DNA of 64,000 nt from a plasmid, in sequence record NZ_AP019754.1. One strand, 5' to 3'. Positions within the stretch are counted from its first letter, which is position 1. Each line of letters starts with the position of its first letter. Below are positions 51,031 through 61,963 of the stretch, piece after piece. A model generated the notes under the pieces. It ran no database searches, was not told the origin of the DNA, and worked only from the letters and a program-made list of their open reading frames with translations. Both the position numbers and the translations under genes were made by a program.

Positions 51031-51588
51031 ATGTATCTGGATGATATTCCTTCTTCTTTTCGGCAGCATGACATGCTTTATCTGACAGCACCCGACCTGG
51101 GCCGTACAGAAGAAATGCAACGAAAACTGAATACGTTCAGCTCACTTCATCATGAGTTCTTACTCTGGTCTCCGGGTTTTCACTCTATTGATTCAGTTGA
51201 GAAAAACATGGCAGATGCCGCAGATAACTTCCTGAATGACAGAGACGAATATAAGTTTTTAATCATTGAACGCAAGTCAGATGAACTCTTAGGCTGCATA
51301 AGCTTGTTCATCCGCAATCAGGCTATCCCTTACGTCGAAATCGGCTACTGGCTTGCAACCAATGCACTGGGCAAAGGCATCATGCCCGAAGCGTGCAAAC
51401 TGGCCACTAAAATAGCCTCCGATTTTTTGCACGCAAAGAGAATTGAAATTCGTGTCGCGGGACGTAATGTGCGGAGTCAGTCCGTTGCATTAAAATGCGG
51501 TTTCAAACTGGAAGCCAGACTGGTTAACGAGCGCCTCGACAGCATGGGAATGACTGACGATACCTTGATCTACAGATATGGCGGTTGA
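51031..51588 (+). CDS. GNAT family N-acetyltransferase (RimJ/RimL-like)
   Basis: The ATG at 51031 has AAGGAG 7 nt upstream. The acetyl-CoA binding region resembles motif A (GYWLATNALGKGIMPEA). 185 aa. Confidence 0.75.
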   Translation: MYLDDIPSSFRQHDMLYLTAPDLGRTEEMQRKLNTFSSLHHEFLLWSPGFHSIDSVEKNMADAADNFLNDRDEYKFLIIERKSDELLGCISLFIRNQAIPYVEIGYWLATNALGKGIMPEACKLATKIASDFLHAKRIEIRVAGRNVRSQSVALKCGFKLEARLVNERLDSMGMTDDTLIYRYGG

Positions 51589-51782
51589 CTCTCCCCTTCC
51601 TGTGAAGTCAGCCTTTCGCTGAGCGCGGCTCTAGACTGTTACGCATGTCCGCTTTATGCCGGGACGGGTCGTTACCCTCAAATCAACCCATCTGTGTCCT
51701 CTCACCCACGGTTTCCCTTTTCGGCGAGCGACAGGAGAAAGAACGGATGATTAAGCGCGCCCAGGGTAAACAGTCAGGCTGC

Positions 51783-52415
51783 TTATTTGGTGAATGATGA
51801 GGAGATTAGTTTGATACCCAGTATGCCCAGAACCGCTGAGGAGACGCGATCAACTGACGTCTTGATACGTAAATATACCTGACGCGGTTTCTCGGCAGAC
51901 AGCGCGACAGAAACGATGGAGTACCAGACAAAATCGATCAAAAAGCTCATCAGAGGGATGACGACATAAAACAGTAGCGGGATATTTTTAGGCAAAAGGG
52001 CACTAAAAATAGAGGCAAAGATAATGGCTGTTTTGGGATTGCTCAGTTGCGTTAACAACCCATCTCTGAATGTTTTTAGCCATGTCTTGCTGTGCCCATT
52101 TTGTCCATTCAACGCGAGGTGTACAGGCTGAGATGCACCTTTGAAGATGTTAAAAGCCAGCCATAATAAGTAAAACCCGCCCGCCACCTTCATAACCACA
52201 AACAGTTCCGGCACCAAAAGTAGCAGCCTCTGTAGCCCAAGCATCGCGACCAGGGCAAAAATCGCAGCACCAACGCCAGTGCCTAAAGCGGTCACGATTC
52301 CGTGAAGACGAGAATGCACAACAGCATTTCTGGCAACATAGATAAAGCTTGGGCCGGGGCTTATCACCCCCATAATCAGAACGGCAGCAATGGCCATAAG
52401 GCTTGAAATCAACAT
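51783..52415 (-). CDS. LysE/RhtB family amino-acid exporter
   Basis: 210 aa with 6 TM segments. The N-terminal ISPGPSFIYV motif is typical of the LysE/RhtB family. Confidence 0.8.
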   Translation of the reverse strand: MLISSLMAIAAVLIMGVISPGPSFIYVARNAVVHSRLHGIVTALGTGVGAAIFALVAMLGLQRLLLLVPELFVVMKVAGGFYLLWLAFNIFKGASQPVHLALNGQNGHSKTWLKTFRDGLLTQLSNPKTAIIFASIFSALLPKNIPLLFYVVIPLMSFLIDFVWYSIVSVALSAEKPRQVYLRIKTSVDRVSSAVLGILGIKLISSSFTK

Positions 52416-52732
52416 CCTGGACCTCGGTAGGGAATAATCAGAGCGGCTATTCTAAAGGAAATGATCCGTTTTCACAGGGTGGATTGTGTTGTCTCCGGGA
52501 TTCGAAAACGAAACAGGCCCGCTGAAGCAGCTTCTTGTTCGTCACCATCGTTCATCGCTCACCACCCAGGCGCATCTGTTTAATACCTTTGCTCGTTACC
52601 CACGAACAGCCTGACTCACCTGTTAAATTTTTTATTAATCGGCAGCTTAAAGCCAGTGCGGTTAAAGAGGTGCCAGTCTGTATTTGCTATCCTTGGGAAA
52701 CGAATTCTTGGGTTACCCTTTTTGGAGCAATA

Positions 52733-53473
52733 ATGAGCGATATTATTAATCTGTTCACCAGCCATAAAAGTGAGCGCAGCTTTACCGATAAACCTGTTGA
52801 CGATGCCATCCTTGATCGCATTATCAGCACCGCCTATCGCGCCCCTACCTCCGTTAACTCACAACAGGTTTCACTGGTCGTTACGCGGGATGCCGCTCAA
52901 CGTCAGGCCATTTCAGAGATTGCCGGTGGACAGCCCTGGATTGCCAAAGCGCCCGTTTTTATCACCGTCGTTCTCGATATGCATAAATCCCGGGTCGCCA
53001 TGGCGGCTGTGGGCAAAGAGCAGGTTGCTCAGGACAGCATTGAAAGTATTGTTTCTGGCGCGACTGACGTAGGCATTGCACTAGGCAGTATTATGGCCGC
53101 TGCGCGGGCGGAAGGTTTAGGCATCGTGCCCATCGGGGGAATTCGCCGCGATCCGGACGCGATGATCGAACAGCTTAATTTGCCGGAATATACTTTCCCT
53201 GTCGCGGGCGTCGTTATCGGTTACGTCGACCAGCCTGCTTTCCAGAAGCCGCGCCTGCCTCTGCAGACCTTCCGTCACGAAGAAAGCTATCACACCGAAG
53301 GTCTGGAACAGCAGATCGCCGCTTACAATGCCGAAATGGTTCAGCACTGGCAAGCCACCGGGCGAGCAGACGGCGAAAGCTGGAGCGACAGCGTGAGCGG
53401 ATATTATCAGCACATCTATTTCCCAAAAGTCCTGCCTGCACTGCACAAACAGGGATTTGGTAGCGACAAATAA
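52733..53473 (+). CDS. Oxygen-insensitive NADPH nitroreductase (NfsA-like)
   Basis: The ATG at 52733 has a GGAG 5 nt upstream. It is similar to NfsA in architecture and motifs (...HKSERSFTDKP..., KPRLP). 246 aa. Confidence 0.8.
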   Translation: MSDIINLFTSHKSERSFTDKPVDDAILDRIISTAYRAPTSVNSQQVSLVVTRDAAQRQAISEIAGGQPWIAKAPVFITVVLDMHKSRVAMAAVGKEQVAQDSIESIVSGATDVGIALGSIMAAARAEGLGIVPIGGIRRDPDAMIEQLNLPEYTFPVAGVVIGYVDQPAFQKPRLPLQTFRHEESYHTEGLEQQIAAYNAEMVQHWQATGRADGESWSDSVSGYYQHIYFPKVLPALHKQGFGSDK

Positions 53474-53533
53474 CCGTTATTCGTCCGGGCAATGCCCGGG
53501 CGATGTCTTTCCCTCTGGCTCAACTCTCACAGG

Positions 53534-55075
53534 CTAACCCCTTGCCCCGTTTCGCCCCTCGTGTTTGGCACGATAGAGCGCTTCATCCGCCCGTTTAATT
53601 AATCGTTCCGCCCTTTCTGGCCCTTCCCCTGCCACCGTTGTTGCCACGCCGGCACTCAGCGTGACGCACCCGGTTTCCAGCCCTGTCGAGCTGTGCGGTA
53701 TCGCTAACTTCCTGACGGCCTCAACCACGCTTGAGGCTATTTTTAACGCATCCGCGGCGCAGGTGTCGGCTAACACGATGGCAAATTCTTCTCCGCCATA
53801 GCGTGCGGCGATATCGATGCGGCGCTGGGCAAACGTCTTCAGTAAGCGTCCTACTTGTTGTAAACAGGCGTCACCCGCGACATGGCCGTAGGTATCGTTG
53901 TAGCGTTTAAAATAATCGATATCGAAAAGGATTAATGATACCGGCCCACCGCTACTGCGGCCGTGCAGCAGGCTTTTTATCAGAAAGTGGTCAAAGTACC
54001 GGCGGTTAGCCAGCCCCGTGAGCCCATCGCCGTTTGCCAGATTCTCCAGTGAATGATTCGCTTCGGTCAGTTCATCCCTGAGATGGGTTAATTCAATTTG
54101 ATAGCGTAAGCTACGTTTGGCCTCATGCCGTATCAACATCCACAGCAGAATAATCGCCATCAGAAGCACCAGGCTTAATACTACGCCCTGAACCCGGCTT
54201 TCGGCCCAGCTAATCAAAAGCCCCTCTTTGTCGAATCCTGCAGCGACAACCAAGGGGTAACGGCTTGAACTGGCGAAACCAAAAATGCGGGTTACGCCGT
54301 CAACCTTCGCTTTCCACTGGCCGCTGCCGCGTTCGGCATTGGCTAACAGCTGGTGAAAAAGCGGGCTGGAGGAGAGATTTTTACCGATGTAGCTGTTCGA
54401 CAAAGGACGAGCATAGAGCACAGTGCTGTCTGCCAGCATCAGCGCCAGTAAGTCCTTGGGACCAATAACAAAATAATCGTAGTAGTGACGAAAGTAATCG
54501 ATGCTCACCGTGGCAAGGAGTACACCACGGAATCCCTGGTAGTTATCACTGACGCGCAGCGAAACAGGAATAACGTAGCGGCCCGAACTGCGGCTTCGTA
54601 ATGCAGGCCCCACGTGCAGGCTGTTGCGTGGATTGTTGCGATGATAGCTGAAATACTCCCGGTCGGCGTTATTTCCTGAAAACGAGTGCATTAACGAACT
54701 GGCGACCCATCGCCCCTGCGCATCGTAATAGAAAATACCCTCCAGCTGCGGCAGGCGGCTCTGTAACGTCCGCATGATGTCGTTGAGGGTTGAGACATCT
54801 CCGCCCGTCTCTGCCTGAGACTCGATTTCACGCTGGACTTCACGCAGCGACAGTTCCGTTTGCAGAAAGGTATCTTCGGCCTGACGGGCCTGAGCCAAAG
54901 AAAGATCAATGGCGCGTTCTTCAGTGATACGAACCGTTCTTTGCCAGTCCTGGTAAAGCGTCCAGACATTGATCACAATAACGCCAATCGTCAATAAACT
55001 TCCCGCCAGGGTAATGCTTCTGAGCAGTGGTGAAAGGCGCATCATCGCCGCATCTTTTTTTCGACGTAATTCCAT
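53534..55075 (-). CDS. Sensor diguanylate cyclase (two TM segments, periplasmic sensor domain, cytoplasmic GGDEF)
   Basis: GGEEF motif (RYGGEEFAIVL). A periplasmic domain of about 250 aa lies between the TM segments. The start is uncertain (Met codons at 55114, 55075 and 55045). Confidence 0.8.
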   Translation of the reverse strand: MELRRKKDAAMMRLSPLLRSITLAGSLLTIGVIVINVWTLYQDWQRTVRITEERAIDLSLAQARQAEDTFLQTELSLREVQREIESQAETGGDVSTLNDIMRTLQSRLPQLEGIFYYDAQGRWVASSLMHSFSGNNADREYFSYHRNNPRNSLHVGPALRSRSSGRYVIPVSLRVSDNYQGFRGVLLATVSIDYFRHYYDYFVIGPKDLLALMLADSTVLYARPLSNSYIGKNLSSSPLFHQLLANAERGSGQWKAKVDGVTRIFGFASSSRYPLVVAAGFDKEGLLISWAESRVQGVVLSLVLLMAIILLWMLIRHEAKRSLRYQIELTHLRDELTEANHSLENLANGDGLTGLANRRYFDHFLIKSLLHGRSSGGPVSLILFDIDYFKRYNDTYGHVAGDACLQQVGRLLKTFAQRRIDIAARYGGEEFAIVLADTCAADALKIASSVVEAVRKLAIPHSSTGLETGCVTLSAGVATTVAGEGPERAERLIKRADEALYRAKHEGRNGARG

Positions 55076-55339
55076 GCTGGTTAACCCTTCTCTCGCCACG
55101 AGATAATGCAACATATCAGAAACAACGTGTTATCAATAACATCCTGACAGGCCATTTATATCTGCTGTTTTCAGTTTAGATTAAGACAGGAACGCCAGCC
55201 TCGCCTTGCGCCTGTTCAGAGTACAGGCAGCAGGCTCTGATAGCAGGCTGATGGTGCCAGCCTCACCGGTCGGGCGTATCGGGGAACGCGCAGATGTCGC
55301 GGCAGCCTCCACGTCATCCATGACATGGAGAAGGAGAGG

Positions 55340-56698
55340 TTAACGTCGGCGGCGCCACCACCAAAACAGCAGCAGTCCGATCGTCAGCACAACTACTGCC
55401 AACCCTGCGCGGGCTATCGGTAAAAGCAGTGACGGCTCGCCGCCCTGACGCAGTGATTTCACCCGTTCCGGGGTAATGCGCACGGCACTGTTGCCTATAT
55501 CCTGCATGACATAATTCGTGACGTCGGCAATTTGCGTATTATCCAGCGTATGGGCAAAACCAATCATGCCCTGACCGTTTGCGGGCCAGACACCTTCAAG
55601 CACGGCCATGGCAACGTTATCGGCCGTAGGCTTTTCCAGGATCGGATGTTTACTCAGGGCAGGTAAACCATTCAGGCCCTGTCCCTCAAGGTTATGGCAG
55701 GCGGCACAGTTGTTGCGGTATACGCGCTCGCCATCCGTTAAATCGGACAGCATGTCTGGCGTATCATCTCCGGTCACCGGCGTGAGTCCGCTAGCCGGTT
55801 CCTGAACATCTGAATCCGCGTCAGCCTCGCCTTCTTCCTGATCGGCGGCAGGCATCAGGTAGGTTGCTATGGCCGCCCGATCTTCCGGCGTCATACGCGA
55901 AAAACTCTTGTCTATCGCTTCAAGCATCGGCCCCGCCGCCGTCGCACCGTTATCGGCGTGACCGCTCGCCAGATAAGCTGCCAGCGATTCCCGTGACCAC
56001 TGATCGTCACTCTGTAAGGTATTGGCGGTGATGTCAGGCGCAAACCACGTCCCTAAAGAGGCGCCCTGTAACGATTTGCTCTGCTGCTCAGCCATTAAAA
56101 AATTGCGCGGCGTATGGCAGGTGCTGCAGTGCGTTAGCCCTTCGACCAGGTAAGCCCCCCTGTTCCATTCCGCGGACTGGCTGGGATCGGGCTTGAAGGG
56201 TTTTGTGTCCAGGAAGAGGAAATTCCACGCCGCCATACTAAAGCGAAGATTAAACGGAAACGGCAAATCGGTTTTTTCTGGCTGGCTATCGACCGCTTTC
56301 ACACCATGCATAAAGTAAGCATAAAGCGCAGACACATCGCTATCACTCACTTTGGCATAGGCGGTGTAAGGCATAGCCGGATACAAATGACTGCCATCGG
56401 CACGAATGCCTCTTCGTAGCGCATCGGCAAACTGTTTTTCAGTGTAGTGACCAATACCGGCTGTTTTCGAGGGCGTGATATTGGTGCTAAAAATAATGCC
56501 TAAAGGGCTACCGATGGCATGGCCGCCGCTGAACGGCGCTTTGCCTTCCTGTGTGTGGCAGGCCGCACAATCCCCAGCCACAGCAAGATATTCCCCTCGT
56601 TTTATGAGGTCAGTCTGGCTTTCCGCCCACGCGCTACTCTGAGTTGCAGTCAGCATTAGCAGCGTGGCGGGCAGCAATCGGCTCAATCGCTTACCCAT
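55340..56698 (-). CDS. Gluconate 2-dehydrogenase cytochrome c subunit (tri-haem c-type cytochrome)
   Basis: Three CxxCH motifs (CAACHTQ, CSTCHTP, CAACHNL), a signal peptide and a C-terminal TM anchor. The start at 56698 overlaps the upstream gene. Confidence 0.85.
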   Translation of the reverse strand: MGKRLSRLLPATLLMLTATQSSAWAESQTDLIKRGEYLAVAGDCAACHTQEGKAPFSGGHAIGSPLGIIFSTNITPSKTAGIGHYTEKQFADALRRGIRADGSHLYPAMPYTAYAKVSDSDVSALYAYFMHGVKAVDSQPEKTDLPFPFNLRFSMAAWNFLFLDTKPFKPDPSQSAEWNRGAYLVEGLTHCSTCHTPRNFLMAEQQSKSLQGASLGTWFAPDITANTLQSDDQWSRESLAAYLASGHADNGATAAGPMLEAIDKSFSRMTPEDRAAIATYLMPAADQEEGEADADSDVQEPASGLTPVTGDDTPDMLSDLTDGERVYRNNCAACHNLEGQGLNGLPALSKHPILEKPTADNVAMAVLEGVWPANGQGMIGFAHTLDNTQIADVTNYVMQDIGNSAVRITPERVKSLRQGGEPSLLLPIARAGLAVVVLTIGLLLFWWWRRRR

Positions 56699-58304
56699 GC
56701 TGTGTCTCCTGCAAAATCTTATCAGCGGTACGCAGCGCAAGCGCCATGGCGGTGAGCGTGACATTACAGGTGCCGACCGTTGGCATCACGCCGGTACCGA
56801 CCATAAACAGGTTTTCATGATCGTGCGCCCGTCCCCAGACATCGGTTACGCTGGTTGCCGGATCGAGTCCCATCGACAACGTACCGATGATATGTTGACG
56901 GTTCGAAAATTTACCGCTTTTGCTGTGTCGGATATTGGTCGCACCCAGTTTTGCCGCTATCGCATCGTAGCACTCTCGCGTTTTTTCCGTGCCCTTCTGC
57001 ACATAGTCATCCACATCCCAGAACAGCGCAGGCGTGGGTAATCCTAATGCATCTTTATTGCTGCTTAGGGTCACGCGGTTATCGGGATTGGGGAGCTGTT
57101 CCAGCGCATTTTTAATGCTCAGTCGGCGGGCCGCACGAAAACGAACCTGCTCCTGGAGTTTTTTACCAAAGTACCCCTCTTCCAGCACTTCCTTCGTCAC
57201 CGCCGCCACCTGTGATGCATTGGAGATATCCAGACGGAATGGCGCATGTTCGCGGCGGAATTCGCCGTCTCTGAACTGCCCTATTGAACAGGGACTGACA
57301 GGTCCGCGTCCGGGCCAAATCTCTTCATCCACGTCGAAAGTGACGCCAATGGCGGGATGGTCGCAGAGATTACGGCCAACATTGTCACGGGCATTGCCAA
57401 TCCCGTGCGGAAATTTATCGCTGGTCGACATCAGTAAAAGCTTTGGCGTTTCAATCGCATTGGCCGCCAGAACAAATGTCTGTGCCGTAATGCGATGGCT
57501 GGTTTTATTCCAGTCATAATAGTGGGCGGCAACAATCCTGCCCTGCGCGTCATGCTCAAGCTTATACACGACCGCCTCGGTGATCACCTGAACGCCTGTG
57601 TCCTCAGCCTGCTGAGCGGCCAGACCGCCGTGATACTGAGCATCAATCGGACACACCGGCATACAGTTGTTGTTACCGCAGCAGGCCGGGCGACCATCGT
57701 AACTGCGACTGTTGCGTCCCGTGCTGTCGTCCAGCACGCTGAAGTCGGGTGCCAGTCTGGCCGTGACGCGTTGCTGAAGCCATGAAGCCGGCACGCGCGC
57801 CATCGGAAACGGTTTACTGCGTGGCGAGCCGTTATCAGGTGAACCGCCGACGCCGGCAATGACCTCAGCCTCATAGTAATAGGGCTCCAAATCCTGATAG
57901 CCGATCGGCCAGTCTTTGCCCACGCCATAAAGGGTATGCTGCTGAAAATCATTTGGCACAAAGCGCCATAGCTGAGCAGCCCAGTGCCAGCTGGTGCCGC
58001 CAAAAATACGGATGTATTGCGCATTAAACGCCTGCGGACCGAGCTGTTGCAGATAATCATTAGGCTCAGGCGTATAGCGTGGCTGAGGTGCCATGGGAGA
58101 AAAGGGATAAGGTGACATAAAGTCAGACTTAAAGGCGGAACTGCGAAAGCGCTCGACCAGTTCATCGCGCCCAATTTTCGGCCCGGACTCAAGTAATACA
58201 ACGGATTTACCCGCTTTGGCCAGTCGGGTAGCCAGCAAAGCGCCATTTACGCCCGCGCCTATCACAACGACATCCGCCGACTCATTCTTCTTCATTGATG
58301 ACAT
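56691..58304 (-). CDS. Gluconate 2-dehydrogenase flavoprotein subunit (GMC family FAD oxidoreductase)
   Basis: N-terminal FAD fold ADVVVIGAGVNGALLATRLAKAGKSVVLLESG. 537 aa, GMC oxidoreductase-like. Confidence 0.85.
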   Translation of the reverse strand: MSSMKKNESADVVVIGAGVNGALLATRLAKAGKSVVLLESGPKIGRDELVERFRSSAFKSDFMSPYPFSPMAPQPRYTPEPNDYLQQLGPQAFNAQYIRIFGGTSWHWAAQLWRFVPNDFQQHTLYGVGKDWPIGYQDLEPYYYEAEVIAGVGGSPDNGSPRSKPFPMARVPASWLQQRVTARLAPDFSVLDDSTGRNSRSYDGRPACCGNNNCMPVCPIDAQYHGGLAAQQAEDTGVQVITEAVVYKLEHDAQGRIVAAHYYDWNKTSHRITAQTFVLAANAIETPKLLLMSTSDKFPHGIGNARDNVGRNLCDHPAIGVTFDVDEEIWPGRGPVSPCSIGQFRDGEFRREHAPFRLDISNASQVAAVTKEVLEEGYFGKKLQEQVRFRAARRLSIKNALEQLPNPDNRVTLSSNKDALGLPTPALFWDVDDYVQKGTEKTRECYDAIAAKLGATNIRHSKSGKFSNRQHIIGTLSMGLDPATSVTDVWGRAHDHENLFMVGTGVMPTVGTCNVTLTAMALALRTADKILQETQHG

Positions 58305-58319
58305 TACTCATAAAAAGGA

Positions 58320-58826
58320 TCACGGTTGACTCGCCCAGCTGCCGCAGACGCCATAGGAAAAGCTCGGCGGTACCAGTTTGTCATTCACAATTTGATTCGC
58401 GAGCGTGTTAATGTAGGTGATGTAGCGTGCATTTTTGCCTTTGCCCACAACCCCGGTGTACCAGCCGCTCAGGATAGTGCTCGCCAGCTTCGCGCTACCT
58501 GCGTCACTCTCAGCAAACGGCAGGCGTTCCTGTTGCAACAGATCGGGCTGATGGGCCAGCAGGCTACTCAAACGCAAAAGCGCAGAGGAGAAATTCTTTT
58601 GGATCTGACTCAACGTGTCATACAGCGCAGCACCCACGGTTTCGTTAAGTTCATCCTGCTGGGTAAGCTGCTGAGAAATCTGCATAAAGATATCCAGCTC
58701 ATCTGTCTGGGCATCGGGTTGGGCGGCGTTGAGGCGAGCAAGAGGGAGCAGATGTCCGGCAGCGCTGGTTACAGCAACCAGACCGACCATCTTCAGCACG
58801 CGTCGGCGTGAATAGTGATTCATCAT
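58320..58826 (-). CDS. Gluconate 2-dehydrogenase subunit 3 (small gamma subunit, Tat signal)
   Basis: Twin-arginine signal (SRRRVLKMVGLVAVTSAAG). 168 aa and the first gene of the three-gene operon. Confidence 0.8.
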   Translation of the reverse strand: MMNHYSRRRVLKMVGLVAVTSAAGHLLPLARLNAAQPDAQTDELDIFMQISQQLTQQDELNETVGAALYDTLSQIQKNFSSALLRLSSLLAHQPDLLQQERLPFAESDAGSAKLASTILSGWYTGVVGKGKNARYITYINTLANQIVNDKLVPPSFSYGVCGSWASQP

Positions 58827-59283
58827 ATCTTCCAGTAAAAGCCACCTGTCGCTGGCAGCAAATCAGCCTGCGTAATACGGATTATTATGCTGGCAGCGCG
58901 CATAATATTTGGGCCAGGATTCACAGCAATTCCCTGCCGCGTTCGCACCTTAAGCCGCTGGTTAAGCGCCAATTCAACAGCATAATGGTTGGTGAGTCTG
59001 CCATCTGCCGCTTTCAGTCTGCGGGATCATGAACGTCTCTTTCTCAATGATCCACTGGTAATTAACTAAATGTTAACAATCCGCTGAGGATAAACCAGAT
59101 AGTTGCTTGGGTTATAAATATATTAAATCGATATTAAACAAATTTGATACGAAGCGGAACTGAGAGCACGCTGGCCCATGTGGCATTTTCAGGCTATGGA
59201 GGGCGATCGTTGTCTTTGAAGCGGAGTGAAGTAAACTGCCATTCTGCTCTGCTGCAGCGGCACACGTTCTCAAGCAAACGGAG

Positions 59284-60306
59284 TTGATCATGCCCCCATT
59301 ACGTTTACTGTTATCAGAATCGAACGATCCCTGGTTTAACCTGGCGGTAGAAGAGTGTATTTTTCGCCAGATGCCGGCTAACCAGCGCGTACTGTTTTTG
59401 TGGCGTAATGCGGAAACGGTGGTCATTGGTCGGGCGCAGAACCCGTGGAAAGAGTGCAATACACGTCGTATGGCAGAGGATGGTATTAAGCTGGCGCGAC
59501 GCAGCAGTGGAGGCGGCGCGGTGTTTCACGATCTGGGCAACTGCTGCTTTACCTTTATGGCGGGCAAGCCAGGTTACGATAAAAGTGTCTCAACCGCTAT
59601 CATCCTGCAGGCACTGGCAACGCTGGGCGTCAATGCGCAGGCTTCAGGACGAAACGATCTGGTGATCGACACCGGTGACGGCGTGCGCAAAATATCCGGC
59701 TCTGCTTATCGCGAAACGCCCGACCGTGGCTTTCATCACGGCACAGTTCTAATTAATGCCGATCTGTCGCGCCTGGCTGATTATCTCAATCCCGACGTGA
59801 AAAAGTTACAGGCGAAAGGCATTGCCTCCGTGCGAGCACGCGTGACAAACCTGCAAACGCTGGTGCCCAATATCAGCTACAAACGCCTTTGCCATGCCAT
59901 CACGGAAGCCTGTTTTGAACACTTTGCCACTCGCTGTGAACCCGATGTTATTTCTCCTGATAACCTGCCGGATCTGCCGGGCTTTGAGCAACAGTTTGCC
60001 CGTCAAAGCAGTTGGACGTGGAATTTTGGCCAGGCGCCAGACTTTTCGCATCTTCTGGATCATCGCTTTGTATGGGGCGGCGTGGAGATACATTTTGATG
60101 TTGAACGGGGCGCCATTAGCCGCTGTCAGATATTTAGCGACAGCCTGAACCCTGCGCCACTGGAGGTGCTGGCCTCCCGCTTACAGGGTGCAGCCTATCA
60201 GCCTGACGTTATGGCTCAGCATGTAGAAACGTTGAAAACGGACTATCCGCTGCAGCAGCACGAACTGAATGAGCTTGCACAATGGCTGGTGACAAGTCTC
60301 CGCTGA
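59284..60306 (+). CDS. lplA: Lipoate-protein ligase A
   Basis: Near-colinear with E. coli LplA ([58 protein letters not shown]...). Confidence 0.9.
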   Translation: MIMPPLRLLLSESNDPWFNLAVEECIFRQMPANQRVLFLWRNAETVVIGRAQNPWKECNTRRMAEDGIKLARRSSGGGAVFHDLGNCCFTFMAGKPGYDKSVSTAIILQALATLGVNAQASGRNDLVIDTGDGVRKISGSAYRETPDRGFHHGTVLINADLSRLADYLNPDVKKLQAKGIASVRARVTNLQTLVPNISYKRLCHAITEACFEHFATRCEPDVISPDNLPDLPGFEQQFARQSSWTWNFGQAPDFSHLLDHRFVWGGVEIHFDVERGAISRCQIFSDSLNPAPLEVLASRLQGAAYQPDVMAQHVETLKTDYPLQQHELNELAQWLVTSLR

Positions 60307-60393
60307 CAGTCCGGTGAGCGAGGTAGCGTTTGCCCGGCTCAGCAGCAGAAATGGGCCGCGTCAGACGATTGCCTGCGGCTGCCCAGGTTCAAC

Positions 60394-61284
60394 TTAGCTT
60401 CCCGTATTGACGCGTTTGCCGATATCTTTCAGTTGCGAATATTTTTCAAGCAATCGCGGTCCGTCATCCAGGCTCATGGCAAACATCCACAGATAGGTCA
60501 TGACCGAATAGATGTGCCCTGCGTCACCCATCCCTTTACGGGTCATGGACAGGATGGTAAAGGCAAACAGCAGCGCCGCTGCTGTACCTATCGTTATAAA
60601 ACCTAACGCCTCGCGATCGGATAGCCCTATGCGTAATCGCGCCAGTACGCCGTAGTGTTTCGCCAGAGCGGGTGCCTGGGCAACGGTGACCAGGCTAACC
60701 TCTTTTTCAAGCCGGTTATTCAGACGGCCAAACAGCGCTTCGTTCTTGCGCGAGAAGCCCGGCAGAAAGCAGGCAAGTATCAACAAAATGATCAGACAGC
60801 CCACGCCCGTCCAGAACTCAATTACCAGAAGCATAATGGCTGCGCCGCTAATCGATGCCAGAGAGGTGATCAGCGTTGGCAGATGCAGCTCAAAAAAATC
60901 GACAAACTCACGTGACAATGTCACGCGAGCGGCGATAGTGGAAGCATTTTGCTTCTCGTGACGTTGTGCCACGATAACCGGCACGGCCAGTTCGGCATAA
61001 ATACGGGCGAAGGTGCGGGTATCAACGCTGCGTCTTGCGGCGCCTATTGCCCACATTGCAAAGACCATGACCGCATAAAGCACAGCATGAAGCGCCTGCC
61101 CGGTGACAATGGCGTTAATGGCGAACCCGGCTAACAGCGGATAAAGCAGGTAGGTAACGTTTTCCGCCACCACTAACAGCAGGGTAAGAAAGAGCTTTTT
61201 ACTGTGACGACGTCCCAGCATCTTGAGGGTGGCAATGGCATTTTGCGGCGCCGTCTCCGGCGTTATTGTTTTGTGAGAACACAT
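60394..61284 (-). CDS. ABC-exporter-type six-TM membrane domain protein without a nucleotide-binding domain
   Basis: Six hydrophobic helices arranged like a type-I ABC exporter membrane domain, ending about 25 aa after TM6 with no Walker motifs. The start is uncertain (Met codons at 61284 and 61338; the ORF track opens at 61476). Confidence 0.55.
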   Translation of the reverse strand: MCSHKTITPETAPQNAIATLKMLGRRHSKKLFLTLLLVVAENVTYLLYPLLAGFAINAIVTGQALHAVLYAVMVFAMWAIGAARRSVDTRTFARIYAELAVPVIVAQRHEKQNASTIAARVTLSREFVDFFELHLPTLITSLASISGAAIMLLVIEFWTGVGCLIILLILACFLPGFSRKNEALFGRLNNRLEKEVSLVTVAQAPALAKHYGVLARLRIGLSDREALGFITIGTAAALLFAFTILSMTRKGMGDAGHIYSVMTYLWMFAMSLDDGPRLLEKYSQLKDIGKRVNTGS

Positions 61285-61310
61285 GATTTTCTTTTGGTAA
61301 ACGGTTAAAA

Positions 61311-61360
61311 TTGAGCGGTCGCTCAATAGCCAGCGCATCGTATTTGAGCGATTGCTCAAA
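61311..61360. promoter_or_regulatory. Two palindromic operator-like sites with TTGAGC half-sites in the divergent promoter region between the TetR gene and the orphan ABC membrane-domain gene
   Basis: TTGAGCG-GT-CGCTCAA (61311-61326) and TTTGAGC-GATT-GCTCAAA (61343-61360), read directly. Confidence 0.45.
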
Positions 61361-61378
61361 GTCAATCCAGGAGTCATA

Positions 61379-61963
61379 ATGAAAGCATCAACGGCAACAT
61401 CTGGAGAAACACGCAAAGAGACGATTATTGCGGGCGCCATAGCGCTGTTTATCGAGAAGGGAATTGAAAAAACCACGACACGTGACTTAACGGAATCGCT
61501 GGGTATTTCACGCAGCCATATTTATCACTACTTTCCTGACTGGCACACGCTCACCCTGACTGCGCTGGAGCACTTTATGCAGCGCGAGTTGGATGATTTC
61601 ACCCTTGAGCTGGCCGCCCTGGATCCTGTGCAGCAACTACACTCTATGATTGAAGGCCACATTCCTGACACATCAGATTCAGTCTGGCGGCTTTATGCTT
61701 CCTTCTGGCAAATGGCCAGCCATAATGCCGATTACGCTGAACTGGCCGACAAGATTATCGCCGGTTGGGATGCGTTGCTCTGCAAGATTATTCGCGCGGG
61801 CGTTGAACAAGGGTGCTTGCATACGGATGATGTGGCACGCAGCGCACGCCAGCTTAACGCCTTGCTCAACGGCTACGCCGATCTGCTGAGTATTACGTCT
61901 TCACCCGCGCGAATTGAGCAGGCGTTGGCCGACATTCACCACTTTGTGCAATTTATGCGTTAA
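61379..61963 (+). CDS. TetR family transcriptional regulator
   Basis: The ATG at 61379 has AGGAG 5 nt upstream. HTH (IIAGAIALFIEKGIEKTTTRDLTESLGISRSHIYHYF). 194 aa. Confidence 0.8.
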   Translation: MKASTATSGETRKETIIAGAIALFIEKGIEKTTTRDLTESLGISRSHIYHYFPDWHTLTLTALEHFMQRELDDFTLELAALDPVQQLHSMIEGHIPDTSDSVWRLYASFWQMASHNADYAELADKIIAGWDALLCKIIRAGVEQGCLHTDDVARSARQLNALLNGYADLLSITSSPARIEQALADIHHFVQFMR

